Positions 40,832 to 47,382 of a DNA stretch of 64,000 nucleotides are shown here, in pieces. The DNA comes from Acidobacteriota bacterium (GTDB lineage: Bacteria; Acidobacteriota; UBA890; WLXD01): positions 160,001-224,000 of the forward strand of contig CBDFKD010000002.1 of assembly GCA_965248695.1 (NCBI GenBank), written 5' to 3'. The position numbers and the translations under genes are program-made. Under the pieces are notes generated by a model that had not been told where the DNA came from, did no database searches, and saw only the letters and a list, made by a program, of their open reading frames with translations. Numbering within the stretch: the first letter of the stretch is position 1; every line of letters starts with the position of its first letter.

Positions 40832-42349
40832 ATGAAACAGAGCTTTTCTGCCGCGGCGGCCCAGCTCGTGCATCTGTCGGGCCCGGACCGCGGCCGTACG
40901 CGTCGCGTCTTCGGTACCACGCACCTCGTGCCAGCGAACGGTGGGCGGCTGAAGCTCGTCTACGGAGCACCACAGGTTGACGAGCGACCGATCGCCTCGC
41001 TGGTGCCCGACGACAGAGGGTGGCGCCTGGAGCTCCCCGCCGACACCGACGCGTGGGTAAACGGTACACGCGCCGGAAACCGATCGCTTGGCGCTGGCGA
41101 TCTCATCGAGATCGGTGATCCTGGCCTGCTGCTGCGCTTTCGCCCGCGCCCTCCAGGCAACGCCTACAAGAGCGTTCGCGAGGCATTCGACGACTGCATC
41201 GACTGTGTGAAGCTGGGCGGCAGCGGGATACTCGACAACCTCGGCCTGCTGCTCTGGGGGCCGATGCACGAGCTCACCACCCAAGTCCGCCCGCTGGTCC
41301 GCCTGGCGGTAGTGCTGGGGGTGGCGTCGCTGGTAGCCGGTGTCGGGGTGCTATGGAATCGCAACGCCCGGCTGGAGCGACAGCTCGACGCACAGCTGCA
41401 GCGCATCGAGGGAATGGCGGAGTTGCTGGCGGCTTCCGAGCGTGACGTCTTCACCCTCGACGACTTCACGGACGTGCGGGCGCAGCTCGACTTCCGCATC
41501 AGCGACACGCTGGCGAGGATCGAGGCACTCGAGAACCGCGCTACGGCCCGCGGTCGAGTGATCTCGGAGGCCTCGGCGGCTGTCGTATTCGTCCAGGGGG
41601 CGTACGGTTTCGTGGAGCCGCGCAGCGGGCGACTGTTGCGGTCGCCGAGCGCCGCAGGGGGCGACGTATCGGCTCCGCTCGGGATAGATGGAGACGGTTC
41701 GCCGCTCGAGCTGCGATACACCGGTACGGGCTTCGTACTCGCGGAGACGGGCCTCGTGGCCACGAATCGCCATGTAGCGCTGCCCTGGGAGTCCGAACCT
41801 GCGGCGCGGCGCCTCATCGAGCAGGGCTTCACTCCGACGATGCAACGGCTGGTCGGCTACCTTCCCGACCTCGAAGAGCCGTTCGACCTCACGGTCGTGG
41901 CCGGCCACGCGCAGGCCGACGTCGCCATCCTCCGTCGCAGTGGCACGGCCGCCAGTGGCGCCGGTCTCCGCCTTGCGGCCGATGCGCCCGAGATCGGCGA
42001 CGAGGTGCTCGTCCTCGGCTACCCAACCGGGATCCGGGCAGTCCTGGCGCGCGCCGATCCGACGTTCGTTGCCGGTCTCCTCGCCCACGGACCGGTCGGA
42101 TTCTGGGACCTCGCCGATCACCTTGCACGTGGCGGCTACGTGGCCCCGCTCGCCACCGTCGGCGGCATCGGGCAAATCACGGCGGGTGCCATCGTGTATG
42201 ACGCGGAGACAACACACGGCGGCTCAGGCGGCCCGGTGCTGGCGCTCGACGGTACTGTGGTGGCAGTCAACGCCGCCGTGCTGCCCGAGTTCAGCGGCTC
42301 CAACCTGGGCGTTCCGATTCAGCGCGTCAGAGAGCTGATAACGCCCTAG
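40832..42349 (+). CDS. Degenerate-FHA / TM / coiled-coil / trypsin-like serine protease
   Basis: WVNG...LGAGDLIEIG (FHA C-terminal half); one TM; triad TNRHV, ADVAIL, GGSGGP. Confidence 0.8.
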   Translation: MKQSFSAAAAQLVHLSGPDRGRTRRVFGTTHLVPANGGRLKLVYGAPQVDERPIASLVPDDRGWRLELPADTDAWVNGTRAGNRSLGAGDLIEIGDPGLLLRFRPRPPGNAYKSVREAFDDCIDCVKLGGSGILDNLGLLLWGPMHELTTQVRPLVRLAVVLGVASLVAGVGVLWNRNARLERQLDAQLQRIEGMAELLAASERDVFTLDDFTDVRAQLDFRISDTLARIEALENRATARGRVISEASAAVVFVQGAYGFVEPRSGRLLRSPSAAGGDVSAPLGIDGDGSPLELRYTGTGFVLAETGLVATNRHVALPWESEPAARRLIEQGFTPTMQRLVGYLPDLEEPFDLTVVAGHAQADVAILRRSGTAASGAGLRLAADAPEIGDEVLVLGYPTGIRAVLARADPTFVAGLLAHGPVGFWDLADHLARGGYVAPLATVGGIGQITAGAIVYDAETTHGGSGGPVLALDGTVVAVNAAVLPEFSGSNLGVPIQRVRELITP

Positions 42350-42432
42350 TGGACCTCTAGCAGGCCGTGGTGGAAGTGTGGCGGGCCGGGCGGTAAGGCC
42401 CGGCGACGTCATGCCGGCAGATGCCGCGACCG

Positions 42433-42993
42433 CTAGTCTGAGCCCCCCGAGGCAGCGTTGACACCGGCAATGAACACGTCGGTCACATCGAGTGAGCTCG
42501 AGTAGTGCAGCATGCTGCCCGTCTGTACGAGCCGCGCATCGAAGACCAGGTCCCACCCCTGCTCGCTTGCGAGCCTTTCCAGCACCGGGATCAGAACCTG
42601 ATTGATGCGCTGCTGACCATCGGTCTGCAGACGATCGAGCTGGCGGCGAGCATCGTCCTGTAGACGTTCGATGGCCACCTGTTTGGTCTCGATCTCCGTG
42701 TTCAGCGAGGCCATCGCCTGCGCGCTGAGCGTCAAGGACTGCTGCTGCCGGCTGGTCACCAGATTCTGCAGCTCGGCCTGCAGTTGGTCCGATTGCGACT
42801 GCCAGTTGGTGGCGGCCGCCTCAACCTCGGTGCGAACGTCACGTCCCACCTGTGTTTCGGCGGTGACACGGTCACCGTTGACAACCACCACGCGTCCCGA
42901 CGCGGCGTTCTGGGCATTCAACGGTAAGGCTGCACCGACCATCACCGCGATCGTCAGGCTGACCGACTGTAACAGGATATTGCGGATCTTCAT
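42433..42993 (-). CDS. OmpH/Skp family periplasmic chaperone
   Basis: Signal peptide; long Q-rich coiled coil; GWDLVFD...LDVTD. Confidence 0.75.
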   Translation of the reverse strand: MKIRNILLQSVSLTIAVMVGAALPLNAQNAASGRVVVVNGDRVTAETQVGRDVRTEVEAAATNWQSQSDQLQAELQNLVTSRQQQSLTLSAQAMASLNTEIETKQVAIERLQDDARRQLDRLQTDGQQRINQVLIPVLERLASEQGWDLVFDARLVQTGSMLHYSSSLDVTDVFIAGVNAASGGSD

Positions 42994-43198
42994 GGAAGCT
43001 CTCCTCGGAGAAAAGTACCCTCGGAGCGTCAGACGCGGGAGCATCCCGATTCGTCGTCGCTCGCGATCAGAATTCGTCGCCGTTCAGGTTAGCGGATCAA
43101 TGGCGGCCACGTCTCGTGCCGGGTCAGTGTCGGCCGTGGCTGGCCCTCTTTGTGTATGCTTGTAGCGCCAATCCCCTGTCGCCCTGAGGATTCCGATC

Positions 43199-44002
43199 AT
43201 GAAGCGACTGCGGCCGCTCTTGGCGGCAGCCCTGCTGGCACTCACGCCGTCGTCAACGGGACTCGGCGCACCCGGCGTCGACAGCGCAGCTGCGGCTCGC
43301 TGCACCTGTATGTCACCGAAGCGTCCCGCCTGCGAGGTGTGGTGGCAGACGGCGGCGATCTTCGTCGGACGTGTGACTCGCCTGGACACCGTGACGGAAG
43401 AAGTGGACGGCGATACCCAGATCAAGATCTTGGCGACCATCCGAGTGCAGGAACGCTGGCGTGGCGCCGAAGGACAGCGTGACGTCGTCGTGGCTACGGG
43501 AGCCGGCGGCGGCGATTGTGGCTTCCAGTTCGCCTTGAACCGCACCTATCTCGTCTACGCCAACCAGTCGTCTCGAACAGGCCGTTATGAAACAGGGATC
43601 TGCTCACGCACCTCCTTGGCTCGGGATGCCGAGATCGATTTGACGTATTTGCGTGGACTCGAAACCGCCGACAAGGTGGTCTCGCTCTACGGGATGGTCT
43701 ATCGGGAGCGTCAACAGCTGCCTCCCGGTACCGATCGCAGCCTCGACATGCGACTGGATCCAGGCGGTCCGGTCGCCGACGTGCGCATCAGCCTGGAGGT
43801 GACGGTCGGCGAGGAACAAACCTACGTCAGCGACAATGATGGCTGGTTCGAGATCGAGGGTCTGCCGGTCGGCCTGTACGAGGTGCAGCTGGACGCGCCG
43901 CAGATCGAAGACACCGCACGCTGGCGGCTTCGGATACCCATCGCCCCCGCCTGTATCTGGCGCAACCTGATCGTCGAACCGCTGCCGCTAGACGGCGGAT
44001 AA
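43199..44002 (+). CDS. Secreted TIMP/netrin-like domain protein with C-terminal carboxypeptidase-regulatory-like beta domain
   Basis: CTC, AIFVGRV, GGGDCGFQF...YLVYA, GICSRT; later SDNDGWFEIEGLPVGLYEV. Confidence 0.7.
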   Translation: MKRLRPLLAAALLALTPSSTGLGAPGVDSAAAARCTCMSPKRPACEVWWQTAAIFVGRVTRLDTVTEEVDGDTQIKILATIRVQERWRGAEGQRDVVVATGAGGGDCGFQFALNRTYLVYANQSSRTGRYETGICSRTSLARDAEIDLTYLRGLETADKVVSLYGMVYRERQQLPPGTDRSLDMRLDPGGPVADVRISLEVTVGEEQTYVSDNDGWFEIEGLPVGLYEVQLDAPQIEDTARWRLRIPIAPACIWRNLIVEPLPLDGG

Positions 44003-44083
44003 CGGTCCCTGCGACGGTCCCGCGAGCGGCCAGCTTAGCGCCCGGCTTGGCAACGGTCCGGACTCCGCCGACGAAGGCGCCCC

Positions 44084-44122
44084 TGCGAGGCGAAGCCAGC
44101 TACTGCCAGGTTTCGCCTCGCA
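44084..44122 (+). terminator. 14-bp hairpin between the TIMP-like gene and the convergent ncRNA candidate
   Basis: TGCGAGGCGAAGCC (44084-44097) pairs with GGTTTCGCCTCGCA (44109-44122), one G-U on the + strand; no U-tract. Confidence 0.5.
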
Positions 44123-44153
44123 CCCCTCGGGCCATTCCGGGTACCAAAAAATT

Positions 44154-44603
44154 GCCCGGATGATTGCCGCGACGGCCTCCCGTGGGGTCCGGAACCCTCC
44201 GTCGCGGCGTATCTCGAGCTTCCCTCGGCTCTACGGCTCGACTTCTGACTCTTGCGAGCCTTCCGTCGACCCTGCCACCGACATCACTCTGACGAACGTG
44301 CCGGTAACTCCGTTGCTCTCCGGCTCCCCCTTGCGGGTTTGCCTTCCAGCTCCGTCAAGGTCTCCCACTCGTCCTTGCGAACGTCTGGTCCACCTCTCTC
44401 AGGCAGTCGCCTTCCACCCTTGCGGGCTTCCAGCGCCTCCCCGGGCGTCCCGGGCTCCCTCTCGAACTCCCGGTTAGCCCCGAACCCTTTCGCATCCCCT
44501 TGCGGTTCCGCTTCCAGGCTCGTCGAGCCGTCTTCCACTCAAGGTCGTTTCACGACCTCAACAGGTTCCGAATCTCCCGTTTGGCCGGGGCAATCATCCG
44601 GAC
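44154..44603 (-). ncRNA. Candidate large structured ncRNA (about 450 nt), family not recognised
   Basis: 5' GUCCGGAUGAUUGCC (44603-44589) pairs with 3' GGCAAUCAUCCGGGC (44168-44154); five C-GCAA-G tetraloop arms; G-U pairs and GNRA loops point to the minus strand; followed by AAUUUUUU; no credible ORF. Confidence 0.78.
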
Positions 44604-44610
44604 CCGACCG

Positions 44611-44639
44611 ATCAAACTATGGACGTACTGTGGCGGCAA
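44611..44639 (-). promoter_or_regulatory. Putative sigma70-like promoter of the ncRNA candidate
   Basis: TTGCCG (44639-44634), 17 bp spacer, TTTGAT (44616-44611); overlapping TAGTTT is an alternative -10; predicted start near 44604 coincides with the terminal helix; AT-rich tract at 44680-44706. Confidence 0.45.
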
Positions 44640-44841
44640 GCGCGACGGAGAATTTTCTTCGCCGGTCGCGCAAGAAGTTCATAAGATCATTTAATCCAAT
44701 ATGTTACGGATCCTCGCCGGCAGCTGAACGCATCTGGTGAACACCGAAATCCGGAGACAGTCAGGAACCCCCAGCGTCGCGAGATGTGTCCGGGGCCGGC
44801 GGCGCGGCGCGCGGCGGTGCTTTCCGAGCGATAATCTGCGC

Positions 44842-45429
44842 ATGAGCGTCCAAGATCCAATCGCTCGGTTCCTCGAGCTTCAACGACGCGCAGAGCGCAA
44901 CGGTGAGCCGCAGCGCGCTACCGCTATGACGCTGGCGACCGCGACGTCCAACGGACGGCCCTCGGCGCGCATGGTGCTGCTGAAGGGAGCCGACGAGCTC
45001 GGCTTTGCCTTCTACACCAACTACGGCAGCCGGAAAGCCGCCGAGCTCGAGGCCAACCCGAACGCGGCGCTAGTCTTCTACTGGCCCACGCTGTCGACTC
45101 AGATACGTGTCGAGGGCCCTATAACCCGCGTCCCAGACGCGGAGGCCGACGCTTACTTTGCCTCCCGACCGCGTCAGAGTCAGCTCGGTGCGTGGGCCTC
45201 CAAGCAGAGCGCGCCGCTCGAGGGCCGTCGCGCGCTGGTCGTGCGTTATCTCACCGAGAAAGCCCGCCGGCTGGGTCAGACGATCCCGCGACCCGAGTTC
45301 TGGGGCGGCTACCTGCTACGTCCCGTACGCATCGAGTTCTGGGAATCGCGCCTCGGGCGACTGCACGATCGCACCGAGTACACGCGCTCAGGAGATGACG
45401 AGTGGCGGCGGGCGATGCTGTACCCGTAG
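44842..45429 (+). CDS. pdxH: Pyridoxamine 5'-phosphate oxidase
   Basis: AMTLAT, PSARMVLLKG, FYTNYGSRK, YFASRP..SQLGAWAS.QS, WGGY, EFW, RLHDR, LYP. Confidence 0.95.
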   Translation: MSVQDPIARFLELQRRAERNGEPQRATAMTLATATSNGRPSARMVLLKGADELGFAFYTNYGSRKAAELEANPNAALVFYWPTLSTQIRVEGPITRVPDAEADAYFASRPRQSQLGAWASKQSAPLEGRRALVVRYLTEKARRLGQTIPRPEFWGGYLLRPVRIEFWESRLGRLHDRTEYTRSGDDEWRRAMLYP

Positions 45430-45483
45430 GTTCTCTAAGACAAGCGATCGAACTCAGGCGGTCTGTCCATGCCTCGAACGTCT

Positions 45484-45510
45484 GCTTAACGCCGCTGCGC
45501 TTCAGCTGCC
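45484..45510 (-). repeat. attC half-site (one arm only)
   Basis: + strand GCTTAACgccgctgCGCTTCAGCTGC matches the corresponding arm of the intact sites; partner arm absent. Confidence 0.6.
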
Positions 45511-45587
45511 GCGGCGGCGCCTTCGCAACCACCGACCAAGACTGCGCCAATGGCGCATGGACGCGCAAGACGCGTCGGGAGCGGTAC

Positions 45588-45655
45588 GGCTAACGGTTCA
45601 GAGGCTGAGCTGCGGACGGCGAAGCCGGCCCGACAGCTCCTGGCTCGTGTTAGCC
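45588..45655 (-). repeat. attC site (68 bp)
   Basis: + strand GGCTAAC...GAGCTGCGG...CCGACAGCTC...GTTAGCC imperfect palindrome, 7 bp after the cassette ORF stop. Confidence 0.85.
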
Positions 45656-45662
45656 GGCATTC

Positions 45663-46094
45663 TCAATCGTAGTACCAGACTACTTGGAGCCCGTAGTCGT
45701 TCAGATAATCCTCGATCCGTTCCTTCAGACCAGCTGTCCTCGACGCGGTCGGGTAGATGATCCCGGCACACACGTCGAGTTGATCGGCGTCCAGGTACTT
45801 CTCGATGTATCGCCAGACCTGTCTCCTGTGGGACGCTAGGTTCCTCTGACGATTACGCGGGAGTATGCGGTCCCAATCCGTTGCCTTGATCTCAACAACG
45901 GTCACCATGTTGCCCAGTTCGTCCACGAAGATGTCCATGCGGCCGCGACGCGGGCGCCCGGTGCGGGTAAGCCCGGCGAGCAACGGGATCGTGTGCTCGA
46001 TCCTAGGGTTTCCGTCGGCCGTTTGACCCCAGTCGGTCTGGACCGTCCTCTCGAATTCCCTCCCTCGCCTCAGTTGCTCCGGTTGAACGCCCAT
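45663..46094 (-). CDS. Cassette-borne PD-(D/E)XK nuclease-fold protein
   Basis: G..FE helix, GRMDIFV...VVEIKAT, then QVWRY; flanked by attC sites. Confidence 0.65.
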   Translation of the reverse strand: MGVQPEQLRRGREFERTVQTDWGQTADGNPRIEHTIPLLAGLTRTGRPRRGRMDIFVDELGNMVTVVEIKATDWDRILPRNRQRNLASHRRQVWRYIEKYLDADQLDVCAGIIYPTASRTAGLKERIEDYLNDYGLQVVWYYD

Positions 46095-46136
46095 TCAGCG
46101 TTTCCTGGCATGGGAGGTGGCGCTGGCTGTTTGCCC

Positions 46137-46203
46137 GGCTAACGAATCAGCGCTTCAGCTGTGGGCCGCAAGGTGGACCGACAGCTGCTAGCGGTTGTTA
46201 GGC
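46137..46203 (-). repeat. attC site (67 bp)
   Basis: + strand GGCTAAC...CGCTTCAGCTGTGG...CCGACAGCTGCTAGCG...GTTAGGC. Confidence 0.88.
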
Positions 46204-46243
46204 GGCGCCGTTCATTCCGTTCCCATGCTGGGTAGATGAGAAC

Positions 46244-46762
46244 TCATCCGTTTGAGTACCTACCGCGCCGCATGTGCAGTGTGTCTGACTGGTGGGCGAG
46301 CTTGAGGCCGTAGATTCCCAGGTCGCTTCGAAGTGCCAGCTCCAAGTCCTCAGCGGCATTCAAGATTGCTTGACCCGACGCTTCAGGGATGTCTCCAGAC
46401 TCAGCCGATGTCGCCGCTTTCCGAAGAGCCTGGCGGAAGTCGTAGCAAACGTTAGTTGTTTTGGGACCAAGGAGAATCGCATACTCCGCATCCCAGGCAT
46501 CTATCTGGCCGAGAAACTCGCGCACGCGGGATGCGTTTGTTGTCCCTGATCGAGCCCGGTCCGGTAGTCGGCTGATCAAGGAGTAGAGTGCGGGATATGC
46601 AGCTAGCCGCGCAGCCACGAGCTGTTCAAGCAGCTTCTGCTCAGTGCCAATCCGGAGCTTTGCAACCTCCATGCGGATACCGAGCTTGGCGACAACCCAT
46701 GCAACTACGCCGGCTACGACGGCGCTGAGCCCCGCCGCTGCCATGGGAACGAATGAGTCCAT
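46244..46762 (-). CDS. Cassette-borne hypothetical protein with an N-terminal TM helix
   Basis: GAGAGG RBS; hydrophobic AAAGLSAVVAGVVAWVVA; helical C-terminus ending ALRSDLG; flanked by attC sites. Confidence 0.7.
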   Translation of the reverse strand: MDSFVPMAAAGLSAVVAGVVAWVVAKLGIRMEVAKLRIGTEQKLLEQLVAARLAAYPALYSLISRLPDRARSGTTNASRVREFLGQIDAWDAEYAILLGPKTTNVCYDFRQALRKAATSAESGDIPEASGQAILNAAEDLELALRSDLGIYGLKLAHQSDTLHMRRGRYSNG

Positions 46763-46798
46763 ATCCTCTCGGTCACGTGTCCTGTCGGTACGACGGCT

Positions 46799-46865
46799 GC
46801 CTAACGGTTCTACGCTTCAGCTGCGGGCCGCGTAGCGGACCGTCAGCTGCTAGCGCGTGTTAGCG
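46799..46865 (-). repeat. attC site (67 bp)
   Basis: + strand GCCTAAC...CGCTTCAGCTGCGG...CCGTCAGCTGCTAGCG...GTTAGCG. Confidence 0.88.
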
Positions 46866-46952
46866 ACTCTCCAAGGTAGTCTGGAGCCTCGGTGACAACG
46901 TCGCACATCCGGACACGCACGTGATCGAAACCAGAATGACTGCTCGACGCAT
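46860..46952 (-). pseudogene. 30-aa cassette ORF: lipoprotein signal peptide only (probable truncated cassette)
   Basis: MRRAVILVSITCVSGCATLSPRLQTTLESR*; TAA lies within the attC R'' box; GTTAGGT core site at 46976-46970 upstream. Confidence 0.5.
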
Positions 46953-47382
46953 GGTCTTTCCGTGGGGCGACCTAACTAGCATTCAATTGCGCTTGTCGGA
47001 CGGCATACTTGCCGACGCCTGCAGCCAAAGCAATAGAAGCGAATTTCGCAGGGCGCGGGTCGGTGGACGGATGCCTTACGCGCATGGTCGTGCCGGCGAA
47101 TGACGCTCATCGAGTGGTCCGACGGTTGGCACCCATGCTGGCGACTCTGGCGGTCGCCGGCCGCGGAGGCGCGCACGTACCTCTTCGAAAAGGCTAATCC
47201 GGAAACGGTCTCGATCCGTCGACCGAGGAAACCGAGCCCGATTCCCGAGCCCCGTGTGGGCGACGACATCCCGACGGGCACGGGGTTCCGAGGCGACGTG
47301 TGAGGCGACCAAGCTCGTGGGGCCGGCTCGAAGAGGTGCTTGCGCGCCTTCGCAGCCGCCTCCAAGTCGAGCTGAAGACCCG

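Larger units (their letters stand above)
45484..46976 (-). mobile_element. Integron gene-cassette array without integrase (CALIN)
   Basis: Three intact attC sites plus a half site, separated by single co-oriented ORFs; no intI recognised in the window. Confidence 0.85.

Noticed and set aside
44284-44538. 84-aa minus-strand ORF (and plus-strand ORFs 44160-44477, 44252-44740) inside the ncRNA candidate
   Set aside because: No recognisable motif or clear RBS; the E/G/R- or S/P-rich composition simply reflects the purine/pyrimidine strand bias, and the pairing pattern explains the sequence better.
44154-44603. Identity as RNase P RNA, tmRNA, SRP RNA, 6S RNA or a group I/II intron
   Set aside because: No GAGGAAAGUCC (RNase P), no tRNA-like ends with CCA (tmRNA), too long and branched for 6S or SRP, and no interrupted host gene or domain V seen. 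An Rfam scan is still needed.
45588-46865. CRISPR array
   Set aside because: Repeats are 67-68 bp, divergent and separated by 480-600 bp ORF-containing segments; no cas genes. They fit attC sites.
46977-47382. Integron integrase remnant or real gene among the short ORFs (47009-47197, 47100-47303, 46976-47365)
   Set aside because: No tyrosine-recombinase motifs (HxLRHSFATH, catalytic Tyr box) or other family signal seen.
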